NCBI GenBank assembly: GCA_029858255.1
Contig: JAOUFJ010000002.1
Location: 138,637 to 202,636 of the forward strand
Reading direction: 5' to 3'
Source: a candidate division WOR-3 bacterium
GTDB taxonomy: Bacteria > Hydrothermota > Tepidihabitantia > SM23-42
Length of the DNA: 64,000 nt
In this document: in pieces, positions 42,387-51,543 of the stretch
Layout: every line of letters starts with the position of its first letter
How positions within the stretch are numbered: the stretch's first letter is position 1
The notes under the pieces: model-generated
What the model was told of the DNA's origin: nothing
What the model saw: only the letters and a program-made list of their open reading frames with translations
The model's database searches: none
Translations under genes and position numbers: made by a program

Positions 42387-43577
42387 ATGGAGAAAAAAAA
42401 TAACCAGAGAATAAGATGGCTCGGTAAGAACATCCTGTCTCTCGGTCTGGTTAGCTTATTCACTGACCTCTCGACCGAGATGGCCTACCCCATTATCCCG
42501 GTATTCTTGAAAGAAGTACTTAAGGTTCAACCTTTGTTCATAGGTCTGATCGAAGCGATCGCTGAGTCAACCGCAAGCATTCTCAAAACCTTCTCGGGTT
42601 ACATATCAGACCGCCTCAAAAAGAGGAAGTTGTTCATCATAATCGGCTATAGTCTATCTGCTTTAGTGAAACCACTGCTCGCCTTTGCTATTCAGGGATG
42701 GCATGTCCTCATGCTCCGTTTCTCTGATCGGGTGGGCAAAGGTATCAGAACTGCACCACGCGATGCCCTGATCGCCGATTCTTCGAAGGATGCATATTTC
42801 GGACGCACATACGGGTTCCACCGAACACTGGATACCCTCGGTGCAATGCTCGGCCCATTGACTGCATTCATAGTTCTTGCACTATCAGGAGATAACTACA
42901 GGCTGCTATTCGGTCTTGCGATCGTGCCAGGAATCGTAGCCATCGCTATCATCCTTCTTGGCGTTCGTGAAATAGTACCGGAAGCAAAGCGGGTATTCAA
43001 ATTTTCCCTGAGGCAGATAGATTCACGCCTGAAGGTATTCCTGATAATTATGGTGATTTTCACTCTCGGCAACTCCTCCGATGCATTTCTATTATTGAGA
43101 GCAAGAAATATTGGAGTATCCGCAACGATGATACCGCTGGTCTGGCTTGCATTCAATGTCTCGTACTTCCTATGGGCTTTTCCGGCAGGCGTGCTGTCAG
43201 ACCGTATTGGCCGGCGCAAAACGATCTTCCTGGGTTTCATCATTTTTTCAATCTGCTACAGCGCATTCTCTTTCAATCACAGCCCCGTAGTTATCTGGTT
43301 CATATTCATAATCTACGGTTTGTATTATGGATTCACCGAGGGAAACTTGCGTGCATACGTTGCCGATCTGACCACATCAGAAATACGCGCAACAGCGTTC
43401 GGAGTATACCACACTGTTGTAGGTATAACACTGCTTCCTGCCAATCTGCTGATGGGTTATTTGTGGCAGAAATTTGGTTTTCAGACAGCCCTTTTGCTCG
43501 GTGCTTCCTTATCTCTGATCTCAGGGATCGCGCTCATCCTTTCGGGAAGATGTCCGGCGAAGGGAATAAATTTGTAA
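42387..43577 (+). CDS. MFS transporter
   Basis: GYISDRLKKRK, DRVGKGIRTAPRDALI, GVLSDRIGRR; 12 TM. Confidence 0.92.
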   Translation: MEKKNNQRIRWLGKNILSLGLVSLFTDLSTEMAYPIIPVFLKEVLKVQPLFIGLIEAIAESTASILKTFSGYISDRLKKRKLFIIIGYSLSALVKPLLAFAIQGWHVLMLRFSDRVGKGIRTAPRDALIADSSKDAYFGRTYGFHRTLDTLGAMLGPLTAFIVLALSGDNYRLLFGLAIVPGIVAIAIILLGVREIVPEAKRVFKFSLRQIDSRLKVFLIIMVIFTLGNSSDAFLLLRARNIGVSATMIPLVWLAFNVSYFLWAFPAGVLSDRIGRRKTIFLGFIIFSICYSAFSFNHSPVVIWFIFIIYGLYYGFTEGNLRAYVADLTTSEIRATAFGVYHTVVGITLLPANLLMGYLWQKFGFQTALLLGASLSLISGIALILSGRCPAKGINL

Positions 43578-43653
43578 ATGAATAATAAGAGGCCGTCTCA
43601 ATATTGGCACAATATCGGGTTCGGCTATCATCGACCAGAAAAGGAGGTTCGAT

Positions 43654-45468
43654 ATGAAAAAAATACTTATTTTGTGCCTGCTGTTGACTGCAGTAGCATA
43701 TAGCAGTCAACGAACGGTTGTAGTCGAGGAATTCACGGCTACGACGTGACCATACTGTCCAGGTACGGCAAGAGGTCTTGCCGAAATATATCCCCGTGCT
43801 TATGATACATTGACGGTAATATCGTACCATGTATGGTCCAGTGACCCGTTCAACACTGCTGAAGCCGAAGCGCGTGAAGCTTACTATGGTATATCCGGAA
43901 CACCTACTACTTGGTTCGATGGGGCAATATCCGAGGTCGGCGGGCTAAACACGGGCACCATGTACCCGTTTTTCCGGCATCACGTGACAACACGCGCAGC
44001 AGTCGATAGTCCGTTGGAGATTACACTGACCTGTGATTACGATTCAACAACGAACCAGGGAAATATCGAAGCAACAGTAACCAACACCACTGGAAGTCCG
44101 GTGAGCGGAAACATACACTTTGCCCTTGTCGAGGACAATATTCCCTACAATTGGGGTGGCGGGATGACCGAACTCGATCAGGTAATGCGCGATATGATCC
44201 CCGATGCAACAGGTGAAGCGGTCACAGTACCAGCCTCGGATACGATCATGCGCTCGAGGGATTTCACCGTCCAGGCGAGCTGGAACGAAGTCAATTGTCG
44301 CATCATCGTCTTTGTCCAGGCGTCGAACCGTCTGATATACCAGGGAGCTGAGATATCCATCATCCCTGAATCTCAGATGGTGTACTATGGCATGACCGTG
44401 ACAGAGCTTACAGGTAATGGTAACGGTTACGGAGAACCAGGCGAAGAGATCGAAGTCACAGCCCATGCCAAGAACATGGGAAGCAGTGTGTACACGCTTC
44501 CGGTTACGGTGGAATGTACCGACCCGAATATCACCGTCACTTCCTCCTACGTCGACACTTTTGAAATAGAGCCGGGTGATGTGGACAATGTCATAACATG
44601 GACTTTTGATATCAGTGCGGCTTGTCCTGATCCGCACCTTGCAGAATTCAATCTTGTCTTCGGTGATGGAAACGAGTCAACGGTGCCTTATCTAGTGACA
44701 ACACAATCAGGATTCAGCGACGACATGGAGTCTGGCGAAGGAGAATGGACACACTCGGGGACTTACGACAATTGGCACCTGACCGAGCACAAGAGCAATT
44801 CTCCAACACATTCCTGGTACTGTGGCGTAGAGAACATCTGGCACTATCTGAACCAAAATGATCTTTCACTCGTGTCCCCATATTTCATTGTATCACAGGA
44901 TAGCATATTATCCTTTTATCACCAATACAACTTAGAAACGAACTGGGATTATACGTACGCGGAGATCGAGAACGGTTCGGGTTGGTGGCAGACCCTCGAC
45001 GAATACAACGGTCTTCAATCGACATGGTCACAGGAAGCGTTTTCTCTTGCCAGTTTACAAGGCCAGACCGTACGCGTGCGATTCAGACTCGTCAGTGATT
45101 ACAGCACCTACGCTGAAGGCTGGTACATTGATGATGTCTGGGTGTCCATGACAGGAATAAACGATCTGAACACTCCGGAGGAACTTAACGCCATTTCCCT
45201 GAGCGTATCTCCTACCCTATTCTCCAGGCAAACGACCATCAGCTTCGGCATCGAACAGAGCGCAGGACAGATAGCGCTCAAGATATACGACGCTGCAGGA
45301 CGCCTGGTAAAAGATTTTTCTTACACTATACCCAATGCCCCATGCGCTATGCAGATTAGTTGGGATGGTACAGACCAAACTAATCGAAAATTACCAAGTG
45401 GTGTCTATTTCATATCCATGCAAGACTCCAATAGCAAAATCGTCGAGAAAGCGGTCCTTCTGAAATAG
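43654..45468 (+). CDS. Predicted secreted selenoprotein: Omp28/thioredoxin-like UxxC domain + beta-sandwich domains + FlgD/T9SS-type C-terminal domain (Sec32, TGA 43747-43749)
   Basis: AAGGAGG RBS, ATG 43654, signal peptide, VVVEEFTATT-TGA-PYC in frame with ORF 43810..45468; SECIS-like hairpin downstream. Confidence 0.88.
43766..43783 (+). promoter_or_regulatory. SECIS-like hairpin CGGCAAG-AGGT-CTTGCCG
   Basis: 7-bp stem with GG-containing loop, 16 nt after the in-frame UGA; resembles the E. coli fdhF apical GCAGGUCUGC. Confidence 0.75.
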
Positions 45469-45484
45469 CATCTCCAAAAAACAC

Positions 45485-45518
45485 AAGGGCAGCACGTTTC
45501 AGCGTGCTGCCCTTTTTT
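45485..45518 (+). terminator. Rho-independent terminator
   Basis: AAGGGCAGCACG/CGTGCTGCCCTT stem followed by a T-tract. Confidence 0.9.
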
Positions 45519-45530
45519 CGTCTGTATCAG

Positions 45531-45558
45531 TTGACACTTAGCCGCCAATGACTATAAT
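45531..45558 (+). promoter_or_regulatory. selD promoter TTGACA-16-TATAAT (leaderless; ATG 6 nt downstream)
   Basis: Perfect hexamers; no SD sequence before ATG 45565. Confidence 0.8.
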
Positions 45559-45564
45559 AAAACC

Positions 45565-46599
45565 ATGACTGAAAGCAAGAAGAAAGGCATACTTGCCACG
45601 GTCAAATGCGCGGGCTGAGCTTCGAAACTCTCAGCTGCGCAGTTGGCGCAGGCACTAGCATATTTGCCATCGGTTGAGGATCCTGACCTGCTGGTTGGTA
45701 CGAATACCGCAGACGACGCAGGTGTCTACCGTCTGAACGACGAGCTTGCATTGGTTAAAACGATCGACATTCTCACACCCGTCGTCGAGGACGCGCACAC
45801 TTTCGGCATGATCGCTGCAGCGAACTGCATATCGGACATCTACGCAATGGGCGGTGATCCCAAGTTGGCGCTCAACATCGTTGGGTATCCGGGCATGGGT
45901 GACCCCAAAATCCTCGGTGAAATGCTAAAAGGCGGCAATGACAAGGCGCGGGAAGCCAGCGTCACGACCATCGGCGGTCACACCTTTGCCTCGCCCGAAG
46001 TTATGTATGGTCTTTCAGTTTTAGGCTATATCCATCCCCTGAAAATAATCACGAATGCAGGGGCAAAAACTGACGATGTAATTATCCTGACGAAACCAGT
46101 TGGCGTTGGCACCATAATCCAGGCAATGCTTTTGGATAAAGATGAGGGTATAGACATGAAATCCGTTATAGATTCAATGACCACATTGAATCGAGATGCG
46201 TCAATTGCTATGCGCGCGGCCGGTGCGCACGGTGCGACCGACGTCACGGGATACGGTCTTATCGGTCACCTCGTTGAAATGAGCGAAGCGAGCAAATCAG
46301 GTATCGAAATTTCGCTGCAAAAAATACCAGTACACAAAGGGGCCGTGGAAATTCTGGATCGAGGCATCTTCGAACCAGGTATCACGATGAATCTGAATTC
46401 TTTCAGCAACCGCGTGGATAAGGGCGATAGTGATTCAAATCTTGTCAATTTGATCTTCGGCTCGGAGACTTCTGGCGGGTTGATCATTGCCCTGCCTGAA
46501 GAACGGCTCGAAGTATTCAAACAAAACTACAAAAAAGATTTTGCTGTCATTGGCCGCGTGACAAAGGAAAACGCCGGCCGGGTGACACTGATCCCGTAA
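45565..46599 (+). CDS. selD: Selenide, water dikinase SelD, selenocysteine-containing (Sec18, TGA 45616-45618)
   Basis: MTESKKKGILATVKCAG-U-ASKL in frame with ORF 45643; DDAGVY, AANCISDIYAMGG, GGHT, LTKPVG, TDVTGYGL, ETSGGL. Confidence 0.95.
45635..45651 (+). promoter_or_regulatory. SECIS-like hairpin CTGCGC-AGTTG-GCGCAG
   Basis: 6-bp GC-rich stem 16 nt after the selD UGA. Confidence 0.65.
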
Positions 46600-46746
46600 C
46601 GACGCGAACCTAATTTCCCAAAAATTTGCCATCGCAGGACTAGAAAGAAATTTCGAATCCGTCACACAGGTCGTAACTCGTATTCGTAATTCGTATTCGT
46701 GAATGTCAAAATAGAGAAGAGTAGTAATGTAAGTTTCGTTGTCCAC

Positions 46747-46813
46747 TGTTTCGGTCATTAGAATTTTGGTATTGGTTATTGTTTAGCATTTCGTGCTTCG
46801 AATTTAGAATTTG
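46747..46813 (+). repeat. Dispersed 67-bp T-rich intergenic element, copy 3
   Basis: Ungapped alignment to the other copies. Confidence 0.8.
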
Positions 46814-46861
46814 GCGAGCAGACCACATTAATTGGCTGGAGCAATCAGCTGCAGATTGTCC

Positions 46862-46889
46862 TTGACACATTCATAATCCGGGCTATAGT
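46862..46889 (+). promoter_or_regulatory. sigma70 promoter TTGACA-16-TATAGT
   Basis: Immediately upstream of the AGGAGGT RBS of the 46906 ORF. Confidence 0.7.
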
Positions 46890-46905
46890 TAGACAGGAGG
46901 TGGTT

Positions 46906-47145
46906 ATGCCAAAATATCTAATTACCCTTCCAAAAATGCCCAAAGAGCAAATAATCACATCTTGAAAGGCGGTTGTTACCGCTTCCGGAGGAAGCAAAAT
47001 CTGCATGGACAAAGCTTATATAGACGAAGAAAACAGTCAGGCGATCTGCTGTTGGAGTGCTCCTGACCGCAAAAGCCTCGAAGAATTATTCGCCAAGGCG
47101 AATGTGCACGTGGAATCAATAAGGAGCGTCACCGAATACAAATAA
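46906..47145 (+). CDS. Small predicted selenoprotein, DUF4242/SCO4226-like, 79 aa (Sec20, TGA 46963-46965); absent from the ORF track
   Basis: MPKYLITLPKMPKEQIITS-U-KAVVTASGGSKICMDKAYIDEENSQAICCWSAPDRKSLEELFAKANVHVESIRSVTEYK; own promoter, strong RBS, SECIS-like GCTTCC-GGA-GGAAGC at 46981-46995, terminator. Confidence 0.8.
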
Positions 47146-47166
47146 TATCCGCTTTGAGTCAATATT

Positions 47167-47190
47167 AAGGGGCGGCGCAAGCCGCCCCTT
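47167..47190 (+). terminator. GNRA-loop terminator hairpin
   Basis: AAGGGGCGGC-GCAA-GCCGCCCCTT, perfect 10-bp stem. Confidence 0.8.
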
Positions 47191-47280
47191 CTGTTCCATC
47201 CGACCCCTGACACCCTTTCCTACACAGTACCCCCGTGCAGTCTGTGTAAATCGAACCTGAACGCACAAAAAAATAGACCA

Positions 47281-47308
47281 TTGACATCATTTCTCAATTG
47301 AGTATTCT
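47281..47308 (+). promoter_or_regulatory. Promoter TTGACA-16-TATTCT heading the reductase/methyltransferase operon
   Basis: Perfect -35, near-consensus -10, 16-bp spacer. Confidence 0.6.
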
Positions 47309-47353
47309 CTATAGGATGAATTTGCATGTTCTGTACCACAACGGAGGAAAGAT

Positions 47354-47560
47354 ATGAAGTGCATCTTATCGCAACCCGGTCGGGTGCGAAATCATATCAA
47401 CCTCTATTTCATCAGAATAACCCCTTCAAAAACACAGTCACATAAATCAATGAATTTCTGCCTTTGTGGAGATGTTCATTCTTATGGTGGTAGAAAGTGA
47501 CTCTGCACAACCGAGGGCTCGGTCGAGTCCATTCACAACCACCCCACAAGAATCATCTAA
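47354..47560 (+). CDS. Possible small Cys/Sec peptide or leader ORF (48 aa to TGA 47498-47500; 68 aa if read through)
   Basis: GGAGG RBS; ...NFCLCGDVHSYGGRK-TGA-LCTTEG...; hairpin GGGCTC-GGTC-GAGTCC at 47515-47530. Confidence 0.4.
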
Positions 47561-47633
47561 CAAATCCGTCAAAAACTGCACGCTGCTTAACAGCAGCCAT
47601 ACAAAATTATGATCAACAAAAGGAGGTTCGGTA

Positions 47634-47930
47634 ATGGCAAATAAATGGGATACGGTCGTAGGCACCACAGAGTACGCTGAAAATCTCGCGAGGATCAATA
47701 AAATAGCACAGGACAATGGGTACGTACTCAATCCCGATGAAGATAGACTCCGAAAAGTAATCGGCCTCATGACTATGAATAACACTGAATTCGGTAAATA
47801 TTATTGTCCATGTAAGCAAAACCACCCGCTGAATCCCCACAAGGATACCCCTTGTCCCTGTCCTGAAATGAAGAATGAGATCTTCAAAGACGGGCATTGT
47901 TTTTGCAGACTATTTTACAGAAGAACGTAG
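47634..47930 (+). CDS. Ferredoxin:thioredoxin reductase catalytic subunit-like protein
   Basis: LNPD, YCPCK...CPCP...GHCFCRLF; AGGAGG RBS. Confidence 0.9.
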   Translation: MANKWDTVVGTTEYAENLARINKIAQDNGYVLNPDEDRLRKVIGLMTMNNTEFGKYYCPCKQNHPLNPHKDTPCPCPEMKNEIFKDGHCFCRLFYRRT

Positions 47931-47940
47931 GAGAAAGAAA

Positions 47941-49200
47941 ATGAACAATCATGAGCAAATGTGGAAGGAATTAGGTCTTGATGTCGAACTACACAAGGAA
48001 TTGCTCAGATCAATCGACAATACTTTCCAACAAACGGTCGGGAAGCAAAACGAACGCCCTGCTTCCATGGCATACTTCGATCATGTCCTACACGAGTCAC
48101 ACGGCGGCCGAGTTGCTGAACTCATCGAAGCCAGAAAAACAGGTAAAAAATTCATCGGCACATTCTGTATCTATGTACCCGACGAGATCGCCATGGCTGC
48201 TGATGCGATCCCAGTGGCGCTTTGCGGCGGAACACAATTCTCTATCCCGTATGGTGAGAAGATGTTTCCTAGGAACATTTGCCCGCTGATCAAATCAACA
48301 TTTGGACTCGCCCTCTCGAAAACCTGCCCCTACGGTCCGATCAAAGACCTGGGCGTTGGCGAAACTACATGCGATGCAAAAAAGAAGGCCTGGGATGTGG
48401 TAAATTTCCACGTTATGGAAGTCCCCCAGAAGAAGACCGATCTGGATTTCAAATTATGGTATCAGGCCGTTTTGGATTTTAAGAACAGGGTTGAAGAACT
48501 CACGGGGAAGAAGGTGGAAGCAAACAGATTGGCTGAAACAATAAATATCATGAATGACAAACGACGCGCGCTTCAGAAATTGAACGAGTATCGCAAATTG
48601 GACCCGCCGACTATCAGCGGTCTCGATGCGCTTGTCGTCATGCAGGCTGCACTCAACGACGATCCTGCCCGGTTCACTGAACATCTTATAGAACTCAACA
48701 ATGAACTCGATGACCGTGTGCACCGGAGTATTTCGCCATTCAGTAAAGGCGTCAAGCGTATTATGATATCAGGTTGTCCTTCTGTCATGGGTAACTGGAA
48801 AGTGCACTCACTGATAGAAAAATCAGGCGCTGCAATTGTTGTGGACGAAACGTGCACCGGGACGCGCTATTTCAACGATCTGGTCGAAGACGGAGCCCAC
48901 GAAATAGATAAACAACTCCGTGCGTTGGCCGACCGTTACATGAAGATAGATTGCGCCTGCTTCTCTCCGAACAACGAGCGTATGAAGTCGATCGAGAGAA
49001 TTGTCGATGACCGCACCGTCGACGGCGTCGTACAATATATTCTTCAATACTGTCACGGTTACAATGTTGAAGCAATAAGGGTCGCCGGCATTCTGAGCAA
49101 GAAAAGCATCCCCAATATCAAAATCGAAACCGATTACGCTGAAGAAGACATGGGACAACTCCGCACGCGTATCGACGCTTTTCTCGAGCAACTAAGTTAA
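47941..49200 (+). CDS. 2-hydroxyacyl-CoA dehydratase-family protein, double-cubane-cluster reductase (DCCP)-like
   Basis: GTFCIYVP, LCGG, RNICPLIKS, CPY, GETTCDAKKKAW, SGCP, ETCTG, IDCACF, QYCHGY, IETDY, TRIDAFLE. Confidence 0.88.
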   Translation: MNNHEQMWKELGLDVELHKELLRSIDNTFQQTVGKQNERPASMAYFDHVLHESHGGRVAELIEARKTGKKFIGTFCIYVPDEIAMAADAIPVALCGGTQFSIPYGEKMFPRNICPLIKSTFGLALSKTCPYGPIKDLGVGETTCDAKKKAWDVVNFHVMEVPQKKTDLDFKLWYQAVLDFKNRVEELTGKKVEANRLAETINIMNDKRRALQKLNEYRKLDPPTISGLDALVVMQAALNDDPARFTEHLIELNNELDDRVHRSISPFSKGVKRIMISGCPSVMGNWKVHSLIEKSGAAIVVDETCTGTRYFNDLVEDGAHEIDKQLRALADRYMKIDCACFSPNNERMKSIERIVDDRTVDGVVQYILQYCHGYNVEAIRVAGILSKKSIPNIKIETDYAEEDMGQLRTRIDAFLEQLS

Positions 49201-49209
49201 GGAGGAACA

Positions 49210-49989
49210 ATAATAACGGCGGGTATCGATATCGGCTCACGCACAATAAAAAGAGTCCTGATGGATGGAAATAAGGTCATTGATTACGCAATAACAGATA
49301 CTGGCGTCGATCTTCCAAAAAATTTCCAGAGCGTATTAGGCGACCAAAAATATGATGCCCTTGTCGCCACTGGATACGGAAGATATCTTGCACAATCGCA
49401 CCTTAATTGCCGTATCATTACGGAAATCAAAGCCTATGCAATCGGCGCTCATTTCCTATTCCCGGACGTGCGCACCATCCTCGATATAGGCGGACAGGAC
49501 AGCAAGGTAATACGTGTGCACGGCGGCAAGGTAAAGGAATTTGAAATGAATGATAAATGCGCCGCTGGAACAGGAAAGTTTCTCGAAGTCATGGCAACCA
49601 CACTTGGATACACTCTGGATGAATTCAGTACCGCTGCTGCAGAAGCCAATGAAGCCGTGGCAATCAATTCTATGTGCACGGTATTTGCCGAGTCTGAAGT
49701 CGTATCTCTGATATCACGCGGAGAAGAACGCGAGAATATCGCGCTCGGTTTACACCAGTCAATACTCAACCGCATTTTGTCCCTCATGGGCAGAACAGGA
49801 TTCGAGGACCCACTGGTTTTTGCCGGAGGCGTGGCAAAGAACGGATGCATGACCATGCTATTGAAAAAGAAATTGAATATGAAAATACTGTCACCGGCCG
49901 AACCCCAGATAGTGGGTGCGATAGGAGCCGCTTTAATGGCAAAACATAAAGACGATGGTCATGGTCCACAAAAAACGAAAGGAGAGTAG
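49210..49989 (+). CDS. ATP-dependent Fe-S activator (HgdC/BadF, DCCP-R-like; ASKHA), apparent ATA start
   Basis: TAAGGAGG RBS then ATA ATA ACG GCG GGT (GIDIGSRTIK) upstream of the track's ATG 49261; ATGYGR, DIGGQDSK, MNDKCAAGTG, SMCTVFAESE. Confidence 0.9.
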   Translation: MITAGIDIGSRTIKRVLMDGNKVIDYAITDTGVDLPKNFQSVLGDQKYDALVATGYGRYLAQSHLNCRIITEIKAYAIGAHFLFPDVRTILDIGGQDSKVIRVHGGKVKEFEMNDKCAAGTGKFLEVMATTLGYTLDEFSTAAAEANEAVAINSMCTVFAESEVVSLISRGEERENIALGLHQSILNRILSLMGRTGFEDPLVFAGGVAKNGCMTMLLKKKLNMKILSPAEPQIVGAIGAALMAKHKDDGHGPQKTKGE

Positions 49990-49990
49990 C

Positions 49991-50782
49991 ATGAAGTACA
50001 TAAAGGACTTCACGATAAAAGACGTGCAGGACGTGTATGATGGTCCTGGAGGACTACTGTGGGAAGCAGTAATGGGAGAACAGATCCACTCAGGCGGTCC
50101 AGAGGCAACCGACGCACTGGCACAAAAGGTTGGGCTCAAGAAAGGTATGGTCGTATGTGACATATGCAGCGCTTTGGGTGCACCGGCACGCCACCTCGCC
50201 TCAAAATACGGTGTCAAGGTCAAAGGCGTCGATGCTACGAAAACGATGCTTGACAAGGCACGACAGCGCACAAAGGAAGCGAAACTCGAAGAACTCATAG
50301 AATACTATGAAGGCAATGCCCTGGACCTTCCTTTCAAGAAAGAAACCTTTGATGTAGTATGGGGTCAGGAAGCATGGTGCTATGTCACTGACAAAAACAG
50401 GCTTATCCAGGAAGCGCACCGCGTGCTCAAGCCAGGTGGCAAGATCGCCTTCACCGACTGGATAATCACTGGAGAGATATCAAAGCAAGAACTCGACCCA
50501 TTGCTCGAGACTATGGCTTTCCCGTACATGGAATCTTTTCAAGGCTATCAGGACCTGCTGAAACAGAACGGCTTTAATGTACTTGAAGCAAGAGACCAGA
50601 CCGACGAATATGCAGAGTGTTTTGATGATTACTACGAAAAAGTGCACGTTGATTTGAAACCTACGATTCTGGATAATTTTGGGAAGGACCTGTTCGACTT
50701 TGCCTCGAACCTGGTAACGATCTGGCAAAAAGCTTCTCACGAACATAAAGTCGGTAGGGGCCTTTTTATCGGACAAAAATAA
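49991..50782 (+). CDS. Class I SAM-dependent methyltransferase (sarcosine/dimethylglycine N-methyltransferase-like)
   Basis: GEQIHSGG, DICSALGAPARHLA, FDVVWGQEAWCY, RVLKPGG.IAFTDW. Confidence 0.85.
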   Translation: MKYIKDFTIKDVQDVYDGPGGLLWEAVMGEQIHSGGPEATDALAQKVGLKKGMVVCDICSALGAPARHLASKYGVKVKGVDATKTMLDKARQRTKEAKLEELIEYYEGNALDLPFKKETFDVVWGQEAWCYVTDKNRLIQEAHRVLKPGGKIAFTDWIITGEISKQELDPLLETMAFPYMESFQGYQDLLKQNGFNVLEARDQTDEYAECFDDYYEKVHVDLKPTILDNFGKDLFDFASNLVTIWQKASHEHKVGRGLFIGQK

Positions 50783-50895
50783 CGAATACCGGGGCGTCTT
50801 CAATTTTACACAGAGGCACCCCGCAATTGAACCACGTCACGAAAAAAAGTCAGGCTAAACACTTGACTGGGGCATGACGTACCATTATTATACAC

Positions 50896-51543
50896 GTGTT
50901 ATCTGGAGGTTCATTGCTTGAATCGATAAAAGAAGCAGTCATAGAAATGGATGAGGAGAAAGTAAGTGAGCTGGTATCCAGTGCGCTGAACGAAAAGATC
51001 GAGCCGGTTGACATCCTTGAAAAAGGGTTGATCTCCGGAATGCAGGAGGTAGCATCGCTATTCGCACGCAAGGAATACTACGTGCCCGAAGTCCTACTCT
51101 GCTCTGAAGCATTCTACGCGGGATTCGATATATTAAAACCGCTCATCGGAAAATCATCCCGTAAGCCCAAAGCAAGAATTGTGTTTGGCGTAGTGGAAGG
51201 AGACATACACGATATCGGCAAGAATATCGTTAAGGTCATGATGGAAGCAGCAGGCTACGAAGTCGTTGACCTGGGACGTGACGTACCCGTTGAGGACTTC
51301 ATCAAGGCAGTAGACAAAGAAAGACCGGATATACTCGCATTGTCGAGCCTAATGACCACCACAATGACACTTATGGCTGATATACTAAAGGAATTGGAGA
51401 AACGCAACTTGCGTCGTGGATTAAAGGTCATCGTCGGAGGGGCACCGGTGAATGAGGAATTCGCTGCAAGTATCAAGGCCGATGGCTACAGCCCGGATGG
51501 ACCTTCTGCAGTTAGACTGATCGAGAAACTGCTCAGTGGATAG
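50896..51543 (+). CDS. Corrinoid (cobalamin-binding) methyl-carrier protein, MtbC/MttC-like
   Basis: Cap domain (GMQEV...YYVPEVL) plus DxHxxG motif VEGDIHDIGKNIV, SSLMTTT, VGGAP. Confidence 0.93.
   Translation: MLSGGSLLESIKEAVIEMDEEKVSELVSSALNEKIEPVDILEKGLISGMQEVASLFARKEYYVPEVLLCSEAFYAGFDILKPLIGKSSRKPKARIVFGVVEGDIHDIGKNIVKVMMEAAGYEVVDLGRDVPVEDFIKAVDKERPDILALSSLMTTTMTLMADILKELEKRNLRRGLKVIVGGAPVNEEFAASIKADGYSPDGPSAVRLIEKLLSG

Noticed and set aside
45565-45642. selD, the Omp28-like gene and the 46906 ORF as nonsense pseudogenes, or UGA recoded genome-wide as Trp/Gly
   Set aside because: In selD and the Omp28-like gene the UGA falls at a catalytic Cys position, all three have SECIS-like hairpins, selABC are present, many ordinary genes end in TGA, and Trp is encoded by TGG.
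50783-50895. Cobalamin riboswitch upstream of the corrinoid gene
   Set aside because: The gap is too short and has no B12-box; only a promoter-like sequence is seen.
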